DNA of 64,000 nucleotides from the human T2T-CHM13v2.0 reference genome, Homo sapiens: NCBI RefSeq assembly GCF_009914755.1, contig NC_060928.1; one strand, written 5' to 3'. A program made the translations under genes and the position numbers. Of the stretch, positions 40,321 through 54,140 are shown piece after piece (the first letter of the stretch is position 1; every line of letters starts with the position of its first letter). Under the pieces are notes generated by a model. The model was not told where the DNA came from and did not search any database. It saw only the letters and a program-made list of their open reading frames with translations.

Positions 40321-41527
40321 ATAGTTCTTAGCATGAGAATATCGCCCTTAACTTTTCAGATTTGGATACTTTTCTTGCTTCAGACTACCTAACTTACTAA
40401 TCAGATAAGTCTAGTTTCTCTTGGAATAGGTCTTCTCAAATCTACATTATTTTTTATCCTTACACTCAATCTTTGCCCAATTAAAAACTTTTTAAAGAGT
40501 GTTCAGAAAGGCAAAATGGGAGGAAGACATCAGAAAGTTGGGGAGAGAGTTATTCTCTGTTTTCTGTTTGAGCACCCAATCTTATCTTATGGTAGAATGT
40601 GTTCCCCACATGCTATAATATATTACTCAAATACAACGTATTTTGTAACATTTATAATCCACATCCCATTCATTACTTTATTCATTCAGCTAACATTTAT
40701 TTAAGTACTATGATGTGCTGCAAATACAACCATGAGTACAACAGATATAATCTCTGTTCCGCTGGAGTGCATGTAAGAAAGACTAAAAAAAAATATTGTA
40801 ATACCTGAAATAGCAGCAGAATGACTCAAAAGTAAACTACGGTTAGCAACAAACTTGAGTTTATTCTCTGGCAATGATAGTAGTAGCAGTAAAAACATTT
40901 TTTAATGACCTACTATATAAGGTTTTACTTCTTCCTTATGTCTGATCATCTTGTAATTCCCAGACAAATTCAGATTACCTCTTCCACAAAAGCAGAACAA
41001 AGAGGAAACATGTTCATCATGGGAACTGGGTATATTTCTAAGTCTACTGGAGATTGGATTATTGACACCCATTTGCAATGGAGGTGTAAGTATTTTTACT
41101 ACCTGCTGGACCACCCACAAAATTATTGTGTGTAGTGTCCTCTTCATGGGCCCTTTTGCCAAGTGGGTGGGAGTGACAGCTGAAATCAAGCTGTGGGCTT
41201 GCTTGCCAAACTGTGATCGCTAGTGTACAACCGCATCAGACTCAAAGAAGGGAACCTCCTTAATTCATCATTCAAGGGGGAACACTCTTTTCCTAGTTGT
41301 TCACCTAAGAATATTCCTTTTAGCTAAATGTACACTTAGATCATCTATTTTTTTCTCACAAAGTCACCACATTGCTGGTGGGAACCCCACTTAGATTGTG
41401 GTTTTTCTTCTAGGTACTTGAACAGGATTTTCGTTATCTTTATCCGTACTTTTCTTAGGATGCTGACTTCACCAGTAAACTCTCCTGGGATTTAATATTT
41501 AAATGAATCCTCATATATTCATACATT

Positions 41528-41531
<4 letters not shown>

Positions 41532-41587
<56 letters not shown>

Positions 41588-41589
41588 TG
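41532..41589. repeat. (TG)24 microsatellite with an imperfect extension
   Basis: Read directly from the sequence. Confidence 0.97.
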
Positions 41590-41993
41590 GTGTATGTTTC
41601 TAAAGATTTTTTTTCCTGTCATTTTCCCTATTTACCTAACGTGCATTTGTTTCCTATTCCTAACAAAGCAGTGATTGAAAAATAAGCAACAATACAGAGA
41701 AGTTGGAATGGTGAGGAATTATTGGCCAGGGTGGGGAGCCACAGTGAGTCACAATTTTCTGCCTTGTATTTTCATGATCAGATCAACATAAAAAAGGAAA
41801 CTTTTATAGATTTTGAGTAACTGAATTACCATTAAACACATGATAGACTTTTAGGCAACTCATAACCCTACTTGCTCAAAGATTGTGTTAATGGAAATCA
41901 TGGCAAAAATAATAACTCTCATATCATAAGCTTGTTGAGTTTATTAAATGAGATATTACATATAAAGTTTTTGGCAAGGTTCCTGGTAGATAA

Positions 41994-42317
<324 letters not shown>

Positions 42318-42509
42318 AGAAATCATCTGTTTTTAAAGTGCTATATAGGGGCATTGCCATAGTAGGAAAAAAATGAGTGGGTTACTGATCAGCAATAGGC
42401 TGAGCCATTTCTTACACCCAGGCTTCTGTTTATCCATAAGAAATTAAGGGAGGCATTTAAGCTCTTAGATGCCTTTTTTTTTAAGCTGAGACCATAAACA
42501 TGAAGCCCT

Positions 42510-42814
42510 GGCTGGGAACGGTGGCTTATGCCTGTAATCCCAGCATTTTAGGAGGCTGAAGTCAGAGGATCGCTTGAGGCCAGGAGTTTGAGACCATCCT
42601 GGGCAACATGGCCAAACTCTGTCTCTAACAAAAATACAAAAAATTAGCCAGGTGTGGTGGTGGACACCTGTGTTCCCAGCTACTCAGGAGGCTGAGGTGG
42701 GAGGATCGCCTGAGCTCAGGGAAGTCATTGCTGCAGTAAGTCATGATCATGCCACTGCACTCCAGCCTGGGTGACAGAATGAGACCCTAGTTCAGGAGAA
42801 AAAAAAAAAAAAAA
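42510..42814 (+). mobile_element. AluJ-like, full length
   Basis: GGATCGCTTGAGGCCAGGAG...CCTGGGCAACAT; the right arm has GGGAGGATCGCCTGAG and a poly(A) tail. Confidence 0.93.
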
Positions 42815-44357
42815 GTAAAATCTTAATTAAGGAAAAGTGAGGAATTTAGTTTTACTATCTAAGTTGCCACTTTAAAAGAAGCCAGCCCATGTCACCAGAT
42901 AAAATGCAGACTACCTACAAATTATAATTGCTTTAAATTTTAAAATATAATTCATATTGGGTATAATATGTATATAAAAAATTAAAGTTTATCCTGCACT
43001 ATCTATGCTTACAGGTTGGAAAATAAATGCTCCTGCTGTTCATTTTAGGATGGATCCCCGCCCAAAATACTTGGGGCAATGACTTATTATCATGATTACT
43101 AGTACTATTATTTTTATTTGTCCCATCAGCTGTAGGATGGACATTCCCTAGTAAAAATTGGCTAGTGGAATCACTTTTAAATAAATTTGGAAAAAAGGCA
43201 AAACCTTGAAATATCCCTACCTGATTTTCCTCTTTTTGGCTTATTAATCCCTTGAAATCTCTGTACATAGTCGTTCATGTGTAAAGGACACAAGAGATGT
43301 GATTGTGTAAGAGAGGACATTGTGACTGCCTCTAAATGTCTAATTTTGCATTCCTACAATCAGTTTCACCCCACATCTCTCAGAGTCATCAAGAGAATAA
43401 TTGAAATGTTTTGGAAACACCTACTCATTTCAAGTTGCAAAAGCTTTATTAAGTTGACAAGTGCGCCTTTGGCTACAGCAAATCTAAAATGTGAATCAGA
43501 GAACTGTGTTAGTGCTTGCAAAATCCATGCTGAGAAATTATTCCTTTAAATAAAATCAAAGTCAGCAAAAATGTAATTCTACGGCTGTTCTGTCATAGTA
43601 ACTTCCACCTCTTATCAGATTTGAATAATTTTTAAGCTTTTAAAGGATAATTCATTTCTATTTTGTTAATGATTTCCTTTTGCATTTTTGCAATGACAAT
43701 AAAAAAAGAAACCTAGTCCATATAAATCTGTGATTTTTTTGGAAATTGATAGGATTAGAAATAAAGAAGGGCAGTGTTCCTCTCTAGGGTGTCTATAAAG
43801 TCAAGTCTTAGTTTTTTGCCTGGAATTTATGTGAATATTATATCAAGCTTTTTATAAATGTGTTTGGCACTAAGTCTTTGGTTTATTATAAATTGGTTTC
43901 CACATGAAATGCTTTATATAGTATAATAAATTGATTGCCACTGTATATTGGTTTCTGCTTATAATATATTGAATTGACTGAATAATAAATCTTTCTTTTC
44001 AGCAATTATTTTTATTGGTGTGAGTAAATTATATTGGTTTCACAGTGAGCCAAAATGTTTCGCATCTAAATTATACTTTCTTGGTCAGGTGTTTTTGAGT
44101 TTAACATTTAAAGGTTGAGAAAAACATGTATGTGTGAATATTACACTTTTCATGACAATTAATTACACTTTTTTTTGCAGATAACAACAATTTACTCCAA
44201 AGTCTCATATTAAAATTAAAGATATCTTATTTAGTATAACCAAATTTTTCATAGTGTATGCTAGTTTGTGTTTCAATGTTTGCTGTAGATGCTGCACCAA
44301 ATGCATTTTATTGTTTTCCTGAAGTTGGATCAATGTGTATCATATATAAAAAATCAT

Positions 44358-44775
<418 letters not shown>

Positions 44776-45179
44776 CTATGTTTAATAATAATATAATATT
44801 GTATTACTGTTGGGATTCTTATCTTTGTTAAAGCTTTGGTTTAGATAGCTTTTTAAATGTGAAGATTTTTTCGTTTCCTCAGTTTATAAAATTCTATAGT
44901 TCTAAACACAGCAGTAATGAAGCAAATACTGTGTGACTTCAAGGTGTTTGCAATCTAAGGTAATAACCTGAGGTATATATGGAAGCAAAAGATTGTAAAA
45001 TTGTAATACAGATGTTATGACATAAAGAAGTACAGATAAAAGAAGAAAACAGAGGAAATAGTAGTCATTTCATCCCAAGAAGGAGGTTGGAAAGATTTCA
45101 AAATATGATAGAAAGTCTTCTTTTTACAGGGAACTGACACTAGTCAGGAAGGGCTACATAGAATGTAAGGCAGTAGAGA

Positions 45180-45830
45180 GACTGGGGAAAGTTCAGCATG
45201 TTGTGCCTGGCTACAGTCTCTGTAAAGTTTTATCTAAGAAAGTGACATCATCAGATTTGTAATTTCTGGGATGTACTATATTTGGAATATATGAGAAATC
45301 AAGAATGGGGTGTAGGAAGATTAGTGGGGATAAATTTGCCATAATGTAGATGAACTGTGATAAGTATTTAAATTAAGGTTTGGGCTTGAAAATAGTAGAG
45401 AATAGATGTATTCAAACAGTACAAGGAAGAAATCTATAGGGCTGGGTGACTCTTTAGAGGTAGAAGGTCGCATAAAGACCTAAGTATATGACTAAGTTGT
45501 GGTGCATTCACTGATGCCTGGAATACAGGATTAAACAGATGTGTCTGTAGGGGATTAAACAGATGTGTCTGTGTAGTTCAAAAAATACTAAATTCAATGG
45601 GATTAAAGGACTCCAAGTGGACGGGCCAATTGGATATAAGGTCTTGAAATGAAAAATTATGCCCAGCTGATGATTTAACTGTGCATAAGAGTATAAAGAA
45701 AGGACACATTTTTTAAATTCTGAAAATAAAACTTGGTGAAAAAAATACAAAAAATGATAAAGAACCAGAGATAAATCTTTGAGTAATGCTGACAATTAAG
45801 TTCCAGGCAGAAGAAAGGTATTAGGTAAAA
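45180..45830 (-). mobile_element. L2 fragment
   Basis: AGTGACATCATCAGATTTG, AAATTAAGGT and TTGGATATA.GGTCT, all degenerate reverse L2 text. Confidence 0.65.
45528..45572. repeat. tandem duplication, period 24 (GGATTAAACAGATGTGTCTGT x2)
   Basis: Two identical 21-mers at 45528-45548 and 45552-45572. Confidence 0.92.
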
Positions 45831-45917
45831 TATTGTTAATTACCCCTTGGTATTCATTCTGCTATTATTTTATGTCAAAAACTCTGAGTTTAGTTAATCC
45901 AGATAGAAGCACATTTC

Positions 45918-45976
45918 TGTTTGTTTTGTTTGTTTGTTTGTTTGTTTGTTTGTTTGTTTTTTGGAGACAGAGTCTC
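45918..45976 (-). repeat. (GTTT)n Alu-tail-derived microsatellite plus a 13-bp Alu 3' stub
   Basis: (TTTG)n, then GAGACAGAGTCTC, with no further Alu sequence. Confidence 0.8.
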
Positions 45977-46299
45977 CAAAACTGCTTACCTATCTTTGAA
46001 GTGTTATGTTGAAGAAAAGTTGTTTGTCTTTTTTATCCTCTTTAAATGACTGTGCTTTGGAGTCCATGTTTGCCAAAACTTAGCCTGTACCCCAAATAAT
46101 GCAAATATTTAAATAAAGACAGTGGGACAGAGTAATGTATTAATTATCATAGAGTAATTTAAAAGTTTGAAAACTAATCAAGCTTGCTTTTTTAGTTACA
46201 TATTTAAACTTTTATTAGTTCCTATACTTGACATGACATGTGGGCAGTATCACTTCGATTCTTACAAAAATTTTTCGGTTTCTTTGGAGCCTAGTGTAA

Positions 46300-46400
46300 A
46301 GGTACACCAAACTAGCTTTGCATCAGAACCACCTGGAAAACTTTAAATACACATAATTTTATGCATGTCCTTAGGAAATTCTGATTAAAATCAATCTTAG
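46300..46400. mobile_element. MER5-like relic
   Basis: GCATCAGAACCACCTGG...AAATACA...ATTCTGATT. Confidence 0.55.
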
Positions 46401-47082
46401 AAAGGTAAATATTTATAGAATGTGTTACAGAACAAATGCCCCTGATAAGTTGCTTACCAGAGAGGGTTCTCTACATGGAACATTTTGTTAATAAAATAAC
46501 TAAAGGTTTACAAGACGAATGCAACATAAGACAGGGTTGCCATGAGCAGCAACAGTAATGTGTTATGAAATAATATTCAAACCTAAAAGATAATGTAAAA
46601 AGGAGCCTTATTGTATATACATTTAATGGCCATAAAAATATATTTGTTAGGAAGCATTATGTACCAACAGTAGAATGTCACATATAAATTGTAGAACTGT
46701 TTGAAATGTAAGGGAAAATTGAAACAGTACATATACACATGATATTTTAAGCCTAGGAAACATAAATAAGTAGGTTTTGCATTTAATTAATAAATGTAGT
46801 TCAAACATTGTATTATATGAACATAGAAAACTTAAAAAGAGAAAAAATTATCAGACACTACATGCAATTTTTTAGAAAAGCACCACCACTAATTTTAATT
46901 TTATTGTATTATATTCATAACAATTTTTAAAAATTATTCTTGCATTGTCCTTTTATCTTTTTGTATTTAATTCCATTGTGTTAATATCGTTTTACTTTTT
47001 CCCTGTATCTACCAGGTGTGATTTTTTTTAGCTTTATGTTCTAAAATGGTTAATATGGCTCCTATATTTGTTGATTAGCTAC

Positions 47083-47365
47083 TTTTTTTTTTTTTTTTTA
47101 AGACAGAGTCTCACTCTGTCACCCAGGCTGGAGTATAGGGGTGGATCTCAGATCACTGCAATCTCCCCTTCCCAGGTTCAGGTGATTCTTCTGCCTCAGC
47201 CTACCGAGTAGCTGGGACTACAGGTGCACGCTACCATGCTCGGCTAATTTTTGTATTTTTAATAGAGACGGGGTTTCACCATTTTGGCCAGGCTCCTCTG
47301 CAACTCCTCACCATCATAAGTGATCTGCCAGTCTCGCCTTTCCAAAGTGCTGGGATTACAGGCAT
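47083..47365 (-). mobile_element. AluS (Sz/Sx-like), slightly 5'-truncated
   Basis: Poly(T), then AGACAGAGTCTCACTCTGTCACCCAGGCTGGAGT...CAAAGTGCTGGGATTACAGGCAT. Confidence 0.93.
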
Positions 47366-47914
47366 AATTAGCCACATTTAATTAAAATGTCTTTTAATAA
47401 AGATTTCTCCTAGTTAACATTGTAAATTTTAAGATGTTTAACGTTGAGTCAAAATTTCTGTATAAAATTATAAATTTAAGTTTAAATTTTACTGTTCTAA
47501 ATTTTCATTACAATGGCCATAATATGATAATACATTCTAGGCTTTCAGAACAGGATAAAGTTTTTGTTCTTATACTATCTTTAGAAAACAATTCTTTCAA
47601 AAAGGATTTTTGACATTTGCATTAGATTCTTTTTTACTGTGCAATGAGTGTCTATATGTAGATAATTCGTGTCTGAATTGTCATAATTTATTTTTGAAGA
47701 GTTTCTTAATCCTATTAAAATCTTCTTGTAATTGAATGAAGCCATGTCAGCCATAAAATAACCCCTGTCTAAACTATTTATAATACGCACTCTTCACATC
47801 AAAGGCACAAGTCTCTCTATATATGAAGATTATTAGTGAGGAATTTGATACAGATTTGCTTATTTAAAATTGTACTGCAAAAGGACTATAGCTGTGCTAC
47901 ACAATAAAATACGT

Positions 47915-48075
47915 GTTGTTATTTAAAGTTAAATTAAATTAAATTTAAAATTGTATTTGTGAGTCTCATTAGCCACATTTCAAGTGCAAATAGACCAATA
48001 GTCTAGTGGCTACTGTATTGAATGGCACAAATATAGAATATTTCCACCATCACAGAAAGGTCCACTGAACATCAT
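47915..48075. mobile_element. MER33/MER3 (hAT-Charlie) fragment
   Basis: TAGCCACATTTCAAGTGC...CTAGTGGCTACTGTATTG...ATATAGAATATTTCCACCATCACAGAAAG. Confidence 0.8.
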
Positions 48076-48894
48076 TTATCTAAAACAGACTTTCTAGCAA
48101 TCAATTTGCTCCATTCTCATATTCTAAATTCTAAGTCTGTATAATACAAATTATTACACCATGAAAACGTGGTTTCCTGGAATGTTGCATTTTTGGTAGT
48201 GGAAAACTACTTTTTGGTAATGGTAGACTATTTGTAATGACTATATTAGACAAAGTTAAACAGCTTTATTACAACAGGATTCCATAGAGCCCTGATAAGC
48301 AAAGTTTGAATATTGTGACTCTTTAATGGGAGATATATTATTTCATGTTCCCAAAATGTATATAACCGTAGGACTTCCACATACCCTTTTCCCTTTTGAA
48401 GGGTCCCTTGTAAAATAACGTCTATTTAAATAATATGTTATTTCAAAAACTATCAAAGACATAAAAATACATTAACAATATTGGAAAATATTTGCATAGA
48501 GAGCCCAAAATCCTCAAGATATTTATGTTGTGCTCATTTTAGTCAGTTGTCCTTCTATTTTATAAAATTCCTCAGTGCATTGATGGAGACCTTGATATAG
48601 CCTTTAAAGGATCTATATTAACAGATTAGTAAATAAGTGGCATCAAATAGAGACAAACTTATCACAATGTATTACTACTTATTGATTTAATAAGCTGTAT
48701 ATTTTTAATGCAATAAAATAATAATTTTTTAATTTACAGAACCAGTAAGGAGGGTAATACATTACTTTCGCATCTTCTCACCAATTCATGCCTTGCTCTT
48801 CTTAAATTTCCTCAAAGGTTACTCCCTTACGAAGGGAAGGGAAATTTAATTTTTTTCAAATAACTGATACAGTATTATATTGCTATCAGTCATT

Positions 48895-49170
48895 AATATT
48901 TATAAAATTTCTACTGTGTCTTAAGCAAGGTACTAATCTTTTTACAATATAATTAATTCATCCTCATAATGATCTTTATAAAGTTAAATGTATTCATTCA
49001 TATTTTATATAGATAACCCAGATATTTATACTTAGGTATATATACTTATTTATATACTTACTTATCTATCTATAAGTAAGTATATATACTTAAGTATATA
49101 CATACATATACCTAGTCACTGAGGGTTTTGAATAAAATTTTTCTACCTCCAAAGACCACATACTTTCCAA
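48895..49170 (-). mobile_element. MIR interrupted by a palindromic AT-rich tract
   Basis: MIR-like ATCCTCATAA...CATATTTTATATAGAT on the left and CTCCAAAG.CCA on the right. Confidence 0.5.
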
Positions 49171-49687
49171 AGTTTTATATTGTCCCTCAACCATCACATG
49201 ATTTTTTTTCCATTTGCCAGTACTTTAAAAATATTGTACTGGATGATGTATTTCTGAAATATTTCTAACTTTATGTCATGTTTTCAATAGCCCTAGGTAT
49301 TATTTACATTTTGAGGCTCTGTGCCTCTGTTCCTGATCATTCTTACAAAAAAAGATGCCCAACATCATTTTAACCTTTTTTAAAATATTCAGTATTCATT
49401 AACTGCTCTGGAAAAGTATCCCTTCTTCTAGAATGTCTTCTTCAATTCCTAGCTGGAAGTAATTACCAGATCATTCATATGTCATTATCTGTCCCCATCA
49501 TCTATTATCTAATAGTTACCATAGTACTTTGCCACCTATTATACTGTTCTTTTCTCACTTTACTGAAATTATATATTTTTCACATTTCTATACCCATGAA
49601 ATTACAGCATAAGGGAGCTGATGAATAAATATTTGTTGAATAAAAGACTGTATTCTATTTGTCAAAATTCTTTTAAGGTAGCTTTAT

Positions 49688-51195
49688 ATTTAATTGGCTT
49701 TTTTAGAGTGGTTTTAGGTTCAAGGCAAAATTGAGTGGAAGGTAGAGAGATTTACCATGCAATCTCTGCCTTCACACATAAGCAATCTTCTGTATTGTCA
49801 GCATCTCACACCAGTGTGGAACATTTATTACAACTGATGAACTACTATGGCACATCATTATCACCCAGAGCCAGTGGTTTACATTAGGACTCACTCTTGG
49901 TGTTGCACATTCTATGGGTTTGTAAAAATTTATAGTGACATGTATCCACCATTATAGTGTTATACAGAATAGTTTCACTGCCCTGAAAACCTGTGTTCTG
50001 CCTATTCATCCTTCCCTGCCCTCTAAACCCTGCCAACCATTGATCTTTCTACTGCCTGCATAATTTTACCTTTTTTCAGGATGTCATATCCTTCCAATCT
50101 CACAGTATGTAGACTTTTCAAATTGGCTTGTTTTTTTACTTAGTAAAATACATTTAAGTTTCCTTCATGTCTTTTTATGATGTGATAGCTAATCTCTTTT
50201 TAGCATTGAAAAATATTCCATTATCTGGATATAGCAGTTTATTCATTCATTCGCCTCCTGATGGACATCTCGGTGGCTTCTAAGTTTTGGCAATTCTGAA
50301 TAAAGTTGCTATAAATGTCTCTGTGCAAGTACTCTTGTAGATAAAAGTTTTTAACTTCTTTGAATAAATACTGAAGAGCACGATTGGACCGTATGGTAAG
50401 AACATGTTTAGTTTTGTCAGAAAATGCCAAACTGTATTCCAAAATAGCTGTACCATTTTGCATTCCCACTAGCAATAAATGAGAATACCTATGCTCCACA
50501 TCCTCACCAGCATTTGGCATACTCAGTGTCCTGGATTTGGCCATTCCAATAGTTGTATATCAGTATCTCATTGTCATTTTAATTTGCTTTTTTCTGATGA
50601 TATGTGATGTGCATATCTTTTCTTATGTTTATTGCCATCTGTATATCTTATTTGATGAGATATCTGTTTAGCTTTTTTGCCCATTTTTTTATTGGGTTGC
50701 TTGTTTTTTCTTATTTTTGAGTTTCAAATGTTCTTTGTGGTTTTTTTGTATAATAGTACTCTGTAATTCCTTTGTAAAGAGTTTCTTCCACTGTGTGTTT
50801 TGTATTTTCATTCTCTTGACAATGTCTTTTGTACAGCAATTTTTACTTTTAATGAAGTTCAGCTTATCCATTCATTCATGGATTGTGCCTTTAGTGTTGT
50901 ATCCATAAAGTAATTACCAAATCCTAGGTCATCTAGATTTTCTTCATTACAAGTTTTAGGGTTTTACACTTTACATTTGGGCCTGTGACCCATTTTGAGT
51001 TATTTTTTGAGAAGAGTGTAAGGTCTGTGTTGGGATTAATTTTTTGCATGTGATATCCAGTTATCCCAACATCATCTGTTGAAAAGACAATTGTTTTTAC
51101 TTCATTGTATTGCCTTTGCTTCCTTGCCAGAGATCAGTTGACAAAATGTATATGGGTCTACTTCCGGGCTTTCTATTCTGTTACATTGATCTAAT
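49688..51195 (-). mobile_element. L1MC1/2-like 3' ~1.5 kb
   Basis: TTTTAGAGTGGTTTTAGGTTCA.GGCAAAATTGAGTGGAAGGTA 3'UTR. The ORF at 50239..50544 (NAGEDVE...LLVGMQNGTAILE) is ORF2 C-terminal-like. Confidence 0.9.
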
Positions 51196-52550
51196 TTTTT
51201 AATTACTTGATAATATAATTTGAGATATTTTTTGTACATCCTCCAAGCTAACTTTATAAATTCAACTTAGCCATGCAATCGAGTGTCAATAACCCATGAA
51301 GCCTTCACAAAAGACAGCACCAACTCAATGGAATTAAGTCATGTTCTTCTCTCACTCTCCATGATTTATTGTAAACTATTCTTGCTCTTGTTGCTCAACA
51401 CATCCTGAGTGACTTTTCACTTATCCCTAATTTAATGTAAAAACTACTACACACAAAAATGAAATATAATTCTTTGTCAACTTACTTTCCTCACCAAATG
51501 TGGTACGCTTTATGTTGGATTTTACCTTTTTGACCTCAGTAATCTCATAGAGGGCATTCATTAAAAAAAAATTCTTCTAATATAATACCTCATATTATAG
51601 CATTACAGAAACTCCGTTATATAATGTACTTTTTTCATCCAGTATTCCTTTCCACCATCCTCTCCATGAGATAATAAAATATTAGAGACTGCTTTGTCAG
51701 CTCCTTTGACCTTATTCTTAAACAATAAATCTAAGATAAAACTGTAAGATGTTTATAACATGTTAAAAATAATTAATTGACTCACAATCTAGTCAGGCAA
51801 AAATGTTATTGAGCACCATATACTGTGTTTTATGACATGTGTGCATAGGTGATTAGTTGAATTCTATCACTGAGCAAATGGAAATTATTGTCTTATCTTC
51901 TCCAGACCATCTATTGATACCATCCTGAAATTTAACTATCAGGAATAAAACAACAAAGCCCAGGCTGAGTCTAATTGCATACATCTAGCAGTGTGTTTGA
52001 CAGTTTATTTCATTGACAAAACTGAAAAGTCAATTTATCCAAAAATATTAAAGCATTAGAATGTATTTTATATAAATATAAACCTAATTACAATAAACAC
52101 AATATACTTATAAATATCATACTGCAAACCATCATAAAGTCAAAAATAATTCCAAAACATTTTAGGTGAGATTGTGACATGTTTTCACAAGCACGTGATT
52201 ATTAAAAACTCATAACTATAGACTGACTCAGTCTACGTGTGTAGGCAGCCCGTCCTGTGTAATGCGATAGAAGTTATAGGTGGAACAGTTAAATCTAAGA
52301 AACATTGTGAAAATAGTAACAAAAATCCAAGCTTTAAAAACAATTTTAACTTTTATTTTCGGTTTGTGGGTACATGTGAAGGTTTGTTACATAGGTAAAC
52401 ACGTGTCACAGGGTTTGATGTACATGTCATTTCATCACTCAGATATTAATCCCAGTACCCAAGAGTTATCTTTTCTACTCTTCTCCATCCTCCCACCCTA
52501 ACTTCCCTCAAGTAGATCCCAGCATCTATGTTTTCTTCTTTGTGTTCTTT

Positions 52551-53052
52551 AGGTCCTGAATATCTTTGTTAATTTTCTTCCTTGATGATCTGATATATGC
52601 TGTCAGTGTAATGTTGAAATCTCCCACTATTATTGTGTAGGAGTCTATGTCTCTTTGTAGGTCTCTAAGAACTTGCTTTATGAACCCGGATGCTCCTGTG
52701 TTGGGTGCATATATATTTAGGATGGTTAGTTCTTCTTGTTTAATTGAACCCTTTACCATTATGTATTGTCCTTCTTGATGTTTTTTTATCTTTGCTGGTT
52801 TGAAATCTGTTTTGTCTGAAATTAGGATTCCAACCCTGCTTTTTTCTGTTTCCCATTTGCTTGGTAGATTTTCTGCCATCCCTTTATTTTGAGTCTATGC
52901 ATGTCATTACATGTGAGATGGGTCTCTTGAAGACAGCATGCCATTGGGTCTTGCTTTTTTATACAGCTTGCCACTCTGTGCCTTTTAAGTGGAGCATTTA
53001 GCCTGTTTACATTCAAGGTTACTATTGATATGTATGGATTTGATCCTGTCAT
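52551..53052 (-). pseudogene. L1 ORF2 APE-like endonuclease domain remnant (frameshifted)
   Basis: MTGSNPYISIVTLNVNRLNAPLKRHR...CCLQETHL and ...LTILNIYAPNTGA...TIIVGDFN are classical L1 EN motifs, split across two frames. Confidence 0.92.
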
Positions 53053-53099
53053 TGTGCTGTTAGCTGGTTATTATGTTGACTTGTTTGTATGGTTGCTTT

Positions 53100-54140
53100 A
53101 CAGTGACAGGGGTCTACGTGTTTAAGTGTGTTTTTGTATTAGCTGGTAGTGGTCTTTCTTTTCTATATTTAGTGCTTCTTTCAAGACCCCTTGTAAGGCA
53201 TGTTTGGTGGTAAAGAATTCTCTCAACATTTGCTTATCTGAAAAGGATCTTATTTCTTCCTCACTTAGGAAGCTTAGTTTGTCTGGATATGAAATTATTG
53301 GTTGAAGATTATTTATTTAAGAATGTTGAATATAGACCCTCAATCTCTTCTGGCTTGTAGGGTTTCAGCTGAGAGATCTGCTGTTAGCTTGATGGGGTTC
53401 ACTTTGTAGGTGAGCAGCCCGTTCTCTCTATCTGTCTTTAACATTCTTTCTTTCATTTAGACCTTGGAAAATCTGATGAATATGAGTCTTGGGGAATATC
53501 TTCTTCTGTAGAATCTTTCAGGAGTTTTCTATACTTCCTGAATTTGACTGTAGGCCTCTCTAGCAAGATTGGGAAAGTTTTCATGGATGATATTCTGAAA
53601 TATGTTTTTCAACTTGTATGCCTTCTCACCTTCTCTTTCAGGGATGCCAGTGATTCATAGATTTGGCCTCCTTACACAGGCCCATATTTCTTTTGTTCAT
53701 TCTTGTTTATTCTTTTTTCTTTTTCTTTATTTTCCTTATTTTTGTCTGTCTTATTTCAGAGAACCATTCTTCAAGTTCTGAGATTCTTTCCTCAGCTTGG
53801 TTTATTCTGCTGTTAATATCTGTGACTGCAATGTGAAATTCTTGAATTGTGTTACTCAGATCTGTCAGACCCATTAGGTTGTTTTTTACAATGTCTATTT
53901 TGTCCTTCAGCTCCTGTATTGCTTTATTGTGATTCTTATTTTCCTTGGATCATGTTTTGCTATCCTCCTGAATCTCAAAGATCTTTGTTCCTATCCATAT
54001 TCTGAATTCTATTTCTGTCATTCCAGCCAGTTTGACCTTGTTAAGAACTCTTGTTGGAGAACTGGTATAGTCATTTGGAGGGCATAGAGCACCCTGGCCA
54101 TTTGAGTTACCAGAGTCCTTGTACTGGTTCTTTCTCATCT
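53100..54140 (-). pseudogene. L1 ORF1 remnant
   Basis: MRKNQYKDSGNS...MTEIEFRIWI is an L1PA ORF1-like N-terminus. It lies upstream of ORF2 and contains multiple stops. Confidence 0.8.
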
